IMG/VR virus record: IMGVR_UViG_3300046513_000221
Span: 1-64,000 of that record
Strand: one strand, 5' to 3'
DNA: 64,000 nucleotides
The notes under the pieces were generated by a model. The model did no database searches and was not told the DNA's origin. It saw nothing but the letters and a program-made list of their open reading frames with translations. Below are positions 35,428 to 44,041 of the stretch, one piece after another; position 1 is the stretch's first letter, and every line of letters begins with the position of its first letter. Both the position numbers and the translations under genes were made by a program.

Positions 35428-36873
35428 TTAGTGTACGTTCTTCGGATCTTCGAAGAACATGTCCTTCACGTTCGTGCAGAACGGCACGATGGTACCGCTC
35501 AAGCCCGGATCACCGGACGAGGACGCATTCAGCGACAGGTTGCCGAGGAACGACTCGTGGATGCTGCGGTACTTGACCAGAACGTTACCACCGTTCGCAC
35601 CGAGGGACTGAGCGCCACGCGCCGACCACTTCAGTGCCACGTTGAACAGGTTCAGCGTGTTGGTGATGTTGGAGTAGCGCAGCAGCTCGTTGGTGATCAG
35701 GCGCTTGACGAGGAACATCGCGCCGATGTTGCTGAACACCGTCTCCAGACGCTTCATGTCGATGTTGCGGCTGTTCAGGATGCGGACGGTGATCTCGGAC
35801 CACTTGATCAGCAGCGGGAAGATCAGGTACTCGTACAGGCGCAGACGGCGCGTGTAGATGTTGAGGCTGTCCAGCTGGTGCAGCTCTTCGTAGTTCCATG
35901 CCATGTAGCGCACGACATCGAAGGTGCTCTGCTTACCGTCATCCGGCAGCTCGCGCAGGTTCTTCTTGGTACGCTCGTCGAGGATGCGCTCCAGCGACAT
36001 GATGGCCTTGTCTGCCTTCTCCAGCTTGGAGGTCGGCGAGGTCAGGATCTTACGACGCCAGAAGTCGCCGGACGCCAGACTAGTGGACTTCTTCACGTTC
36101 TCCAGCACATGATGCAGGGAAATCACGAGGTTGCGGAAGTTGGCATCGGACTGCAGACGCTCCTTGTTGACCACCATCGTCATGGTCTTGCTCGGATGGA
36201 AGTACTCGAAGTCGCTGTCCACCTCGACCTCTTGATCATTGAAGACGAACACGTCCTCATCCAGCTTCATCAGACGCATGGTCTCCTCGAAGCCGTACTT
36301 GATGAAGAAGTAGATGAAGAAGTTCTTGAATGCGTTGATGTTGTTCGAGCGGGTCTTGAAGAAGTCCAGCAGGAACACCTTACCGTTGTAGTCGGTGCCG
36401 CCGTTCGACTGGATGGTCGTCTGCTTGTGGCGAACGCCCAACGGCATCAGCAGCGTCTTCAGGAAGATACCATTGCGCACGTTGTAGAAGTTCTTGTCTG
36501 CAACCTGCAGGATCGCGTAGTAGCGGTTCCCGTTCAGGATGAAGAAGTAGTCGTCGACCAGCTTCGGGATGAACAGGTGCAGAGCGCGCTCCTTCTTCTC
36601 ACCCTCCCACTCGATCATGAACCGGGCCTCGATCAGGTCCAGACGCGATTCCTCGATCGAGATGGTCTGCTTCGAGATGTACTTGTGGCACTCCTCCTCG
36701 TTGATGCGCTTCATGTCGAGGAACTTGATGCCGGGGATCGAGTTCAGCGTCGAGAACAGGTCGCGGAAGTAGCTGTCGATGTCCTCGCGTTGACGGATGT
36801 AGATCAGGTCTTCATTGAACTTCTCCGGGTTGTCTGCCTGGAACTTCTTGTAGAATTGGGTTTGGATGTCCAT
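35428..36873 (-). CDS. rpoB: phage multisubunit RNA polymerase beta subunit, N-terminal half (AR9/phiKZ type, probably non-virion), 481 aa
   Basis: PKLVDDYFFILNGNRYYAILQ (beta region A) and YRSIHESFLG...DPGLSGTIVPF (beta region D). True start is MDIQTQ at 36873. Confidence 0.85.
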   Translation of the reverse strand: MDIQTQFYKKFQADNPEKFNEDLIYIRQREDIDSYFRDLFSTLNSIPGIKFLDMKRINEEECHKYISKQTISIEESRLDLIEARFMIEWEGEKKERALHLFIPKLVDDYFFILNGNRYYAILQVADKNFYNVRNGIFLKTLLMPLGVRHKQTTIQSNGGTDYNGKVFLLDFFKTRSNNINAFKNFFIYFFIKYGFEETMRLMKLDEDVFVFNDQEVEVDSDFEYFHPSKTMTMVVNKERLQSDANFRNLVISLHHVLENVKKSTSLASGDFWRRKILTSPTSKLEKADKAIMSLERILDERTKKNLRELPDDGKQSTFDVVRYMAWNYEELHQLDSLNIYTRRLRLYEYLIFPLLIKWSEITVRILNSRNIDMKRLETVFSNIGAMFLVKRLITNELLRYSNITNTLNLFNVALKWSARGAQSLGANGGNVLVKYRSIHESFLGNLSLNASSSGDPGLSGTIVPFCTNVKDMFFEDPKNVH

Positions 36874-36881
36874 GCTGCTCC

Positions 36882-37139
36882 TTAGCGAACGTTCTTGTAG
36901 GCTTCCAGAACTGCCGCCTTGACGACCTCCGGTGCTGCGGTGAAGTAGTCGGCAACCATCGCCACGGTCCACTTGGAGCCGTTGCGCGGTGCCGAGCCGG
37001 TCATGTAGAATGCCAGCTTGTCGGAGATGACGCGCCAATGACGTTCAGTGATCTCTTCCATCTTGAGGCCGAGAAACTCAGCGACTTCCTCTGCGTGGTA
37101 GATGTAGCTGTGGGTTACCAGCCCGGATACGATAGCCAT
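36882..37139 (-). CDS. hypothetical protein, 85 aa
   Basis: TAATG overlap. Confidence 0.65.
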   Translation of the reverse strand: MAIVSGLVTHSYIYHAEEVAEFLGLKMEEITERHWRVISDKLAFYMTGSAPRNGSKWTVAMVADYFTAAPEVVKAAVLEAYKNVR

Positions 37140-37549
37140 TATGATTCTTCCTCGGTTATAACTCTTTTGTGCTTATTGACTAGCACGAAGTCTGGATCAT
37201 TCCTGATCCTCCACAGCTCGGTCGCCTGACAGGCATGACCGCTCTGGCCGAACTTGTCGGATAATCCCGATGCGTCACGTATGACCGCGTACAGCTTCGG
37301 GTTTTCCCTTATGTATTCATCCCAGAGCCGAGAGTACAGAACTCGTACCTCGTCCGGGTTTAGCGGCACTTTGCCTTTGGCGAACTTCCAGCCCATGCCA
37401 CTGATGTTGCCCTCGAAGACCTTCGATGCTTGATAGATCTCCTCGATACTTCTGTTGCCGCGAGAGCGGATCCTCGCATAGAAGGCTGAGAGCCTGCAGT
37501 CCCCTTGAGAACTGCATTCGAGAAACGGCGACTCTCCGTGGCTTATCAC
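37139..37549 (-). CDS. NADAR-like protein (putative ADP-ribosylglycohydrolase), 136 aa
   Basis: FLECSSQGDCRLSAFYA and IEEIYQASK motifs; GTG start coupled to the upstream TGA. Confidence 0.55.
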   Translation of the reverse strand: MISHGESPFLECSSQGDCRLSAFYARIRSRGNRSIEEIYQASKVFEGNISGMGWKFAKGKVPLNPDEVRVLYSRLWDEYIRENPKLYAVIRDASGLSDKFGQSGHACQATELWRIRNDPDFVLVNKHKRVITEEES

Positions 37550-37800
37550 ACCGATTTTCCCATACTCGTAATCAACTGTTCGTCTGGCATCCGGAATCGA
37601 TTGCCAAAACGTGATTGGTATGCATAGGTCTTCCAAAGTTCACGGTTTTCCAGCATGTCTTTGAACGGGAAATGCTCAGAATTATCCTGCAGAAGGAACA
37701 CATACTGGATGTCGCCGGTCACAAGATACATATTCCGGGCAAGCAGGGATGTCTTCGTGCTCAGCATCCCTGCAGCGGTGTTCAGATCCAGAATACTCAT
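37546..37800 (-). CDS. hypothetical protein, 84 aa
   Basis: ATGA coupling; start MSILDLN. Confidence 0.6.
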   Translation of the reverse strand: MSILDLNTAAGMLSTKTSLLARNMYLVTGDIQYVFLLQDNSEHFPFKDMLENRELWKTYAYQSRFGNRFRMPDEQLITSMGKSV

Positions 37801-38123
37801 GCCATACCTCGCTTCCACTTAGGGATCTTGGGCTTCTTGGCCTTCTGGAACACGGCCCCGGTAGGGTTGGCTGCACCCTGCCAGCGCGCCTTGGTGGCTT
37901 GCTTGACGGACACCTCCATCTTACCGCCCTCCTTGTAGAGCCAACGCCAGCCATCCCAGAACAGCCGCTCGATGTTCTTGGCCAGATTCGAAGCCTCCAC
38001 ATTGTACCAACCCGGTTCGGTCGGCGATACCACGGTCGCGTCGAACCAGTCGGAATCAGGCGGGAGACCACATGCAGCGGCGACGGTCTTAGGCATTGGT
38101 TTACGCTTGGGAATTACTGCCAT
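37797..38123 (-). CDS. hypothetical protein, 108 aa
   Basis: PTEPGWY..RLFWDGWRW phage module. Confidence 0.6.
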   Translation of the reverse strand: MAVIPKRKPMPKTVAAACGLPPDSDWFDATVVSPTEPGWYNVEASNLAKNIERLFWDGWRWLYKEGGKMEVSVKQATKARWQGAANPTGAVFQKAKKPKIPKWKRGMA

Positions 38124-38580
38124 CTTCCTCTCCGAGGTTCACGTTCACGGACTCCCACTTCTCGATCAGGTCGCACACGACCATGAAGTTGGGGTGCATC
38201 AGGTGGTCCTCGTCGGAGCCGACGACATCGGCCAGCCAGTCGCCGAGGTAGTGAATCCGGTCGAAATCCTGCTCGTTCTCGATGACATAGTCCTTGGTGA
38301 GGGCCATGATATCGTCCGGCAGACTGCGCCCGAATTTCTGCTTGTAGTGGACCGAGTTCGGCTCACGGTTGCCGATGTTCACCGTCAGGATGTCGGCCAG
38401 CAGATGGATCGGGAAGATGCGCGAGAATACGCGACGCACATCGTTCAGGTTGGAGTGCTGCATGCACTCGCCGTCCGGCATCACCGGATCCTTGAACATG
38501 TAGCAGTGCAGTTCAGGATTGTCGTTCAACTTCTTGTGAGTGCAGCTTTCGCACTTCAGCATGTCTTGAGTTTCGGCCAA
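38101..38580 (-). CDS. hypothetical protein with Cys cluster, 159 aa
   Basis: TTG start with AAGGAG; CESC...CYMF...C. Confidence 0.65.
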   Translation of the reverse strand: MAETQDMLKCESCTHKKLNDNPELHCYMFKDPVMPDGECMQHSNLNDVRRVFSRIFPIHLLADILTVNIGNREPNSVHYKQKFGRSLPDDIMALTKDYVIENEQDFDRIHYLGDWLADVVGSDEDHLMHPNFMVVCDLIEKWESVNVNLGEEDGSNSQA

Positions 38581-38607
38581 GATCTACTCCTTGAGTTAAA
38601 ATAATCG

Positions 38608-38633
38608 GAGGATGACCTTTTCGGGTCATCCTC
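38608..38633. terminator. terminator-like hairpin
   Basis: GAGGATGACC-ttttcg-GGTCATCCTC. Confidence 0.55.
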
Positions 38634-38709
38634 CTCTCAGTTCGGCATCTATTATAACGCCATTTTCGGTTTTACGCTATGCAACTTAACAACAGTCGAT
38701 ATCACTGCT

Positions 38710-38718
38710 ATTATATAT
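38710..38718 (-). promoter_or_regulatory. putative early promoter ATATATAAT (heads the operon containing RNAP beta)
   Basis: Motif copy. Confidence 0.55.
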
Positions 38719-38739
38719 GTGCAAAACGTCGCACGAAAA

Positions 38740-40308
38740 TTACTCCTTGGTGAGCATGTACAGTGCCAGACCACCCTCACGATGGATGCCCCGGATGAAG
38801 TTACCCTGAGTATCCATATAGTTCATCGGCGAGAACATGATCTTTTCCGCCTCGATGTTGGCCTCTGCGGAGAACAGACCTGCCACACGCATCGTGTCGC
38901 CGTCGTAGTCACCACCGAGACCCTTCATGTATGCGAAGTTCGGTACGTAGGTGTCGATCCACTGGATCTTGTCTTCGAGGATCGTGTTCTTACCATCGGT
39001 CGGGAAGAACGGGTAGTCCTTGAAGTTCTTGTTACCGGTTCCGCCCTCGCTCACCAGACCGGACACGTCCACGGTTTTCTCCGTGGTCAGGATCTTCACC
39101 CGGCAGGTGATGACGGACTCGGGACCAGTCACCGGGAAGCGGGTGGCGATTACGTGCTTGTCGCGGCACACGTCGATCGCGGCGTCGTACAGGAAGTCGG
39201 TCAGTGTGTAGTGGCGATCCGGCAGACCCTTGATACCCTCGATGTTTTTCATGATCGGAGTGCGATCACCGACGCCGTTCAGACGAAAGGCCTGAGTACG
39301 GATCCGCTTAGTCTTGTCCTTGATGTAGCCGTTCACGATCTTCTGGATGTTCGCGGACGAGATGGTCTCGTACACGGTGTCCTGTAGGTCGTAGCGTTCG
39401 TCACCCTCCAGTACGATCGATGCCGAGTGCTCGTACTCATGGAAGAAGTCTTCGATCCACTTGATGATGAACGGATAGAACAGGTTCAGTGCCAGATGGA
39501 GCGGTACCCCGAAGTAGTTGTATGGGATCTGCTGCGTCTCGGGGGTGTTGCTCTTGATCTGCGAGCAGGAGAGCACGCCGATGGTCGAGTAGTCGATGGA
39601 CTTACCCATGATGGCCTGACGGATCACGCCCTTCTTACCGGCGATCTTCTGAGTCAGTTCCTTATGGATCTCGACCAGCAGGTTCTGCACGGAGGATTGG
39701 GTGATGTAGCTGTTCTCGAAGATGATGGCCTCCGAGGTGGCGGCATTCAGGAGCTTGATGTACAGGGCGTTGACACCCTCCACAGTGATCTTCTTGGAGC
39801 CGGACTGACTGGAGAAGTTCACATCGCGGTAGTAGGCAGGGATGACCAGCCACTTGTCGAGGAAGATCTCATCGAACTTGAGCATGTTGAGCAGCTCGTC
39901 CTTCTTCTCGCGGCTAGCGTTGATAGTACCTTCCTTCACCCACTTGATCTTCTTCCAGTTCTTGACGAAGAAGTCGATGCCGCACTCACCCTGCTCCGGG
40001 TCGTCGGACACAACGAGGTTGCCGAACTGGTCGAGCCGGACGTACTTGTCACCAGCCAGAACGAGCGGCAGCGCACGAAACATCTGGAAGATGGTGATGT
40101 ACACCATCGGGTGAAAGAACTTACGACGGAGATCGATAAAGCCGAAGTTGTTCTTACGCTCTTCCGAGCCGAACTTACCGAAGATCTTTGTCGAGAACAG
40201 ACCGTCCTCGCTTGGGAGTCCATCCGATCCGAGATAGAAGCGGTTGTTTACTTGCTCGCAGCCGTTCACACGGATGAACTCGTTCATGTTGAATGCGTCT
40301 AATTGCAT
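38740..40308 (-). CDS. rpoC: phage multisubunit RNA polymerase beta-prime subunit, N-terminal/catalytic half (probably virion RNAP), 522 aa
   Basis: SEDGLFSTKIFG, GFIDL, GKKGVIRQAIMGKSIDYS, RFP and catalytic GGDYDGD. Confidence 0.9.
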   Translation of the reverse strand: MQLDAFNMNEFIRVNGCEQVNNRFYLGSDGLPSEDGLFSTKIFGKFGSEERKNNFGFIDLRRKFFHPMVYITIFQMFRALPLVLAGDKYVRLDQFGNLVVSDDPEQGECGIDFFVKNWKKIKWVKEGTINASREKKDELLNMLKFDEIFLDKWLVIPAYYRDVNFSSQSGSKKITVEGVNALYIKLLNAATSEAIIFENSYITQSSVQNLLVEIHKELTQKIAGKKGVIRQAIMGKSIDYSTIGVLSCSQIKSNTPETQQIPYNYFGVPLHLALNLFYPFIIKWIEDFFHEYEHSASIVLEGDERYDLQDTVYETISSANIQKIVNGYIKDKTKRIRTQAFRLNGVGDRTPIMKNIEGIKGLPDRHYTLTDFLYDAAIDVCRDKHVIATRFPVTGPESVITCRVKILTTEKTVDVSGLVSEGGTGNKNFKDYPFFPTDGKNTILEDKIQWIDTYVPNFAYMKGLGGDYDGDTMRVAGLFSAEANIEAEKIMFSPMNYMDTQGNFIRGIHREGGLALYMLTKE

Positions 40309-40337
40309 GATGCTTTCCCTTGATTGGTTGGGTTATC

Positions 40338-40349
40338 TAAAGTACTGTT
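40338..40349 (-). promoter_or_regulatory. putative late promoter AACA-N6-TA
   Basis: AACAgtacttTA upstream of beta-prime. Confidence 0.7.
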
Positions 40350-40406
40350 ACTCTTTAAACTAAAGGAGTTTTGTCGGTAATTACCTGAAAGCACCAGCTG
40401 TGCGCA

Positions 40407-40418
40407 AACAGTTGGTTA
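40407..40418 (+). promoter_or_regulatory. putative late promoter AACA-N6-TA
   Basis: AACAgttggtTA upstream of 40448. Confidence 0.7.
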
Positions 40419-40447
40419 GATCCCACTAACCAACCGAGTCAATCCAC

Positions 40448-40879
40448 ATGGACTTCATTTTCGAACTCATCAAGTTAGTCTTCACGATGGTGCAATTCAC
40501 AAACATCGTCCTGTCCTGCATCTTGATCTTCTCCGGAATCGCGCTGTTCCGGTACATCAAGCAGGCACTTCGAGGATTCGACAGGTGGATTCACCTGATC
40601 GTGGTGCTGCAAGTGGCCGTGTGCCTCCTGCTGCTATCCATCTACGAAGTGAAGAGTGCAGAGACCGTCATAAAGACGGCCTTGTATTCAAGTTTTGCGT
40701 ATCAATTCTCCATCTTCGCGCTGCTGGTCATAAACGCCCTGTTCCAATCCGGCATCTACAAGTTCTTCTCGGAGAAACATTGCGACGTGACGCTCTTGGG
40801 CAACATCCTCAAGATCATCCACAGCCAGAGCAACGTGAGCGTCAAACCTTCGAACGAAGGCGAAGCCTCCGCAACCTAG
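40448..40879 (+). CDS. multi-pass membrane protein (holin candidate), 143 aa
   Basis: Three to four hydrophobic helices; late promoter. Confidence 0.6.
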   Translation: MDFIFELIKLVFTMVQFTNIVLSCILIFSGIALFRYIKQALRGFDRWIHLIVVLQVAVCLLLLSIYEVKSAETVIKTALYSSFAYQFSIFALLVINALFQSGIYKFFSEKHCDVTLLGNILKIIHSQSNVSVKPSNEGEASAT

Positions 40880-40894
40880 GAATACGTTTCTACC

Positions 40895-41422
40895 ATGAGC
40901 AAGCAAGGCTTTATTACTGAAGAAGGGGTGTACTACGAGTCTATGACGCAAATTAACGCATCGGACGCACCTGTCCCTCTTCGCCCGAGTGAAGACGATG
41001 TCTTCACGAACGGAACATGGATCTCGAACCGCCGCGCCAGCCGCCAGCAGCAGTTCGACTTCCAGACCCAGCCTACGGTTCGGGAGATCCCGCAACCAGC
41101 TTCTCAGGATAGCTCGTCGCGTGATATAAACACTTACAGGATCGGCGAGGACACGCAGTTCAAGTTCAAGCTGAAGGACATCGTCATCGTGGTGGCATTC
41201 ATCGTCTCGATCGCAATTAGCTGGAATAACTCCGACACGCGCATGACGCGTACCGAGGAGAAGCTCTCCCAGCTCAAGAGCGATCTGGTTCAGCTCAAGA
41301 GCGATCTGAGTGAATCGATGAAAAAGAACGATGAACTCTGGCGTCGCCAAGAGGACATGAACCGTACCCTGTCGCAGCAGATCTTCAACGAGTTCCGCGA
41401 TCGCACAGGACAACACAAGTAA
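40895..41422 (+). CDS. single-TM coiled-coil protein (lysis accessory candidate), 175 aa
   Basis: Central TM IVIVVAFIVSIAISW and C-terminal heptad repeats. Confidence 0.6.
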   Translation: MSKQGFITEEGVYYESMTQINASDAPVPLRPSEDDVFTNGTWISNRRASRQQQFDFQTQPTVREIPQPASQDSSSRDINTYRIGEDTQFKFKLKDIVIVVAFIVSIAISWNNSDTRMTRTEEKLSQLKSDLVQLKSDLSESMKKNDELWRRQEDMNRTLSQQIFNEFRDRTGQHK

Positions 41423-41468
41423 AAAAAAAGACACCCATAGCCCCGGAAAGGGCTATGGGTTCTTTTTA
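41422..41468. terminator. bidirectional terminator
   Basis: A-tract, ACCCATAGCCC-cggaaa-GGGCTATGGGT, T-tract, between convergent genes. Confidence 0.8.
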
Positions 41469-42230
41469 ATGATCCCAGGCCAAGTACTGGCCGTCATCGA
41501 GAACGTGCTCGTTCTCGGGATCGTACAGGCGATGGGTGTTGGGGTTCACGCGCAGCTCGGTGTCATACCAGAAGATGCCTACCTGATGCTCGCGCTTCAG
41601 ATCCAACTCCATAGGAATGTCCACGTTGTGGCGCAGACGCGGCAGGAAGAACTCCTTGCCGTGCGAGTCGGTGTTCTCGATGACATCGACGATGTTGTAC
41701 GTTGCGTCATCGGCGAACGAGGTGTAAATGACATCATGCTCCTTCATGGCCTCGGATTTCTTCTGCTTGCCCTCGGTCAGGATGAAGCGCACCTTGACAC
41801 CGGCGCTCTTGAACGGTTCCATGATGCGGTCGAGCATCCGGATCTTGCTCGCCGTGACCGGGTAGGACACATCCACGCAGCTCGTGATGACGGTGATGCT
41901 GTTCAGCACGTCATGCTGGAGCATCTGGCGCAGCAGATGGTAGTACGCCGACGTCTGCAGGTTGTCGTAGAAATTCGGATCGTAGAAAAATTTGTTCAGC
42001 ATCAGCTTGCCCAGTTCAGGATACTTCTTCTCGAAGTCCTCTTCAAAGTGGGTAAGGATTGGGTACTGGAGGCGGTTAGCCGGGTTCGAGTTGATTGCCG
42101 AACTGAACTGCGTCTCGGACAATGCACCACGAAGCTTCGTGTCGTTAAGGATAACCTTCACCCATGGAGTGCTGCAGTCAACCAGCACATCGTCCATATC
42201 GGTGGCTATGTCGAATTTCTTATTCGTCAT
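41466..42230 (-). CDS. HAD-superfamily 5'(3')-deoxyribonucleotidase-like phosphatase, 254 aa
   Basis: Motif I TDMDDVLVD, motif II VITS, motif IV FADD. Confidence 0.75.
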   Translation of the reverse strand: MTNKKFDIATDMDDVLVDCSTPWVKVILNDTKLRGALSETQFSSAINSNPANRLQYPILTHFEEDFEKKYPELGKLMLNKFFYDPNFYDNLQTSAYYHLLRQMLQHDVLNSITVITSCVDVSYPVTASKIRMLDRIMEPFKSAGVKVRFILTEGKQKKSEAMKEHDVIYTSFADDATYNIVDVIENTDSHGKEFFLPRLRHNVDIPMELDLKREHQVGIFWYDTELRVNPNTHRLYDPENEHVLDDGQYLAWDH

Positions 42231-42249
42231 TTTCTCAGGAAAAAATAAA

Positions 42250-42280
42250 AGCGATAGCCACCAGATCGGTGGCTATCGCT
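42250..42280. terminator. terminator-like hairpin
   Basis: AGCGATAGCCACC-agatc-GGTGGCTATCGCT with an A/T tract. Confidence 0.7.
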
Positions 42281-42301
42281 AGTTACTTAGACGCTACAGG
42301 A

Positions 42302-43048
42302 TTACTCCTGGAACTCGTCGGACAGGTTGGTCTTCTTGGCACCGGCCTTGCCGCTCGGCTTGCCGGACGACTCTTCGCCGCCTTCTTCGCTATCTTCTTC
42401 GATGGCGCGACGGGCAGGCTTCTTGCCAGCGGACTGGTAGCTACTACCGCCGCCACCATTGCGCTTGGCACCGTGTGCCGAAACGCCGAATGCGTTGTCG
42501 ATCACTGCGTTGAAGAACTCGACCAGCAGCAGCATGTCGATTTCCTGCGTGTCTTCGATCACATCGTTGTCGGCGGTCTTGAACTCGGAGGTGGCGCGCT
42601 GCATGATGTGGAACATCTTCTGCTCGCCGTCGTCCTTGGTCTGGGTCAGCTTCAGGACGAACTCGCCGAAGAAGTTGCCGCCCAGCTTGATCGCGTTCGG
42701 CTTGAAGATCGTGAAGGTACGCGGCGACTTCTCGTTGCCGAACTTCATGGTGAAGCTCTTCAGCGCGCCGTCTTCGTCGGCCAGCAGATCCTGCACGCCC
42801 TTGCGGCCCAGCAGGGCAGCTTGCGCGTCGATCATGAAGTTCATCTTCTCGTCGTAGTCGTAGACGTTGTCGCCCTTCTTCGGTTCCTTGTTCAGGAACT
42901 CGTCGAAGATCGGTGCCAGCGAGATCAGCGAGCCGCCGTTGACCAGCGTGAAGTTCATTGCCGAGAATTGGCGCTCGTAGGAGTTCACGTCACTCTTCGA
43001 GTAGACGGATTGGCGGCGTTGGTTTGGTTGTTGACGGTCGTCGGACAT
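42302..43048 (-). CDS. putative single-stranded DNA-binding protein, 248 aa
   Basis: Beta-rich core, Gly/Ser linker and acidic C-terminal tail ending LSDEFQE. Start moved to MSDDRQQ. Confidence 0.4.
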   Translation of the reverse strand: MSDDRQQPNQRRQSVYSKSDVNSYERQFSAMNFTLVNGGSLISLAPIFDEFLNKEPKKGDNVYDYDEKMNFMIDAQAALLGRKGVQDLLADEDGALKSFTMKFGNEKSPRTFTIFKPNAIKLGGNFFGEFVLKLTQTKDDGEQKMFHIMQRATSEFKTADNDVIEDTQEIDMLLLVEFFNAVIDNAFGVSAHGAKRNGGGGSSYQSAGKKPARRAIEEDSEEGGEESSGKPSGKAGAKKTNLSDEFQE

Positions 43049-43117
43049 GGTATTTCCTATTGAATTGATTTGGGATTTATGGAACTTGATCAATTTAGGG
43101 TGATCAACCCTTTACCT

Positions 43118-43867
43118 CTACTTACCTGTTCGATTGTGTAAATCGTGCAGGTGGAATTTGTAGATGAAGTCGTACTCGCTATTTCCGTAGCTGACGTACA
43201 GACGATTCATGCCGACGTGGAGCTGCATGTACTCCTCCGTTTCGGTCTTTTTGTTCTTCAATTTCTCGAAGTTGTGCAGACAGATGAGCGTCTTGTTCTC
43301 CAGCGAGAGGCCGAGCTTGGTCTCATGCAGGTGGATGTCACCGTCGATGATCTCCATGAAGACGAACAGGTTCTGGACCAGTTGCTTCTTCAGGTCGACG
43401 ATCTCGATGATGTCGTTCATGACGATATCACCTTCCTTGACGATGTCGCCATCGTAGTACAGGTTCGCTTTCTTGCAGTCCAGTTCTTTCAACGAGCTGG
43501 TGGGCTCGTCGGACAGGAGGCTCATGTCGATCTTCCCGGTGAACTTTACCGGGAACTCCTCACCGTTGCAGGTGAACCCGCGTTCGTTGAGGTACATGTC
43601 TGGCACGTACTTCTTGTTATCGGCACCGATGAGCTGCTTCTTGTGCAAGCTCAAGAAGGTGTACAGTTTCTTACCGTCTTCGATGAAGATGTACCGTGGC
43701 ATCTCATCTTCGACCTCGATCTTGAAGCTGTCGCAGCTGATCAAGATATCGGACTGACCATCGTTCGAGATGATGGTCTGCTCGACTAGGTCGAAATAGT
43801 ACGGGTTGTTCTTTACATACTGATTTACCTCGTAAAGCTTTTTCGAGTCGATTAGGATTGGTTTCAT
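43118..43867 (-). CDS. hypothetical protein, 249 aa
   Basis: Biased ORF; late promoter motif upstream. Confidence 0.7.
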   Translation of the reverse strand: MKPILIDSKKLYEVNQYVKNNPYYFDLVEQTIISNDGQSDILISCDSFKIEVEDEMPRYIFIEDGKKLYTFLSLHKKQLIGADNKKYVPDMYLNERGFTCNGEEFPVKFTGKIDMSLLSDEPTSSLKELDCKKANLYYDGDIVKEGDIVMNDIIEIVDLKKQLVQNLFVFMEIIDGDIHLHETKLGLSLENKTLICLHNFEKLKNKKTETEEYMQLHVGMNRLYVSYGNSEYDFIYKFHLHDLHNRTGK

Positions 43868-43885
43868 GTCAAATCTCTATGTGAG

Positions 43886-43897
43886 TAATAGATTGTT
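43886..43897 (-). promoter_or_regulatory. putative late promoter AACA-N6-TA
   Basis: AACAatctatTA. Confidence 0.65.
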
Positions 43898-43919
43898 GGA
43901 TCGTCTCACTCACACCAAA

Positions 43920-43928
43920 ATAATATAT
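43920..43928 (-). promoter_or_regulatory. putative early promoter ATATATTAT
   Basis: Motif copy tandem to a late promoter. Confidence 0.55.
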
Positions 43929-44041
43929 CCGAGATCTTTCATTCAGAAATTGCTCCTGTTCATCCGATGCCCTAGAGAATAAAAAATCCGAAAGCCCGGT
44001 GAGGGGCTTTCGGAGAGGCTACATCTCAGGAGCTTGCTACG

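Noticed and set aside
36874-37038. Upstream extensions in the ORF track (RNAP beta from 37038; also 11008..12087, 10244..10936, 29145..29741, 37139..37636)
   Set aside because: They overlap neighbouring real genes; downstream starts have RBSs or stop-start coupling.
43118-43867. Sliding clamp guess for the 249-aa gene beside the putative SSB
   Set aside because: No recognisable clamp motif by eye and a late promoter lies upstream; it needs structure prediction.
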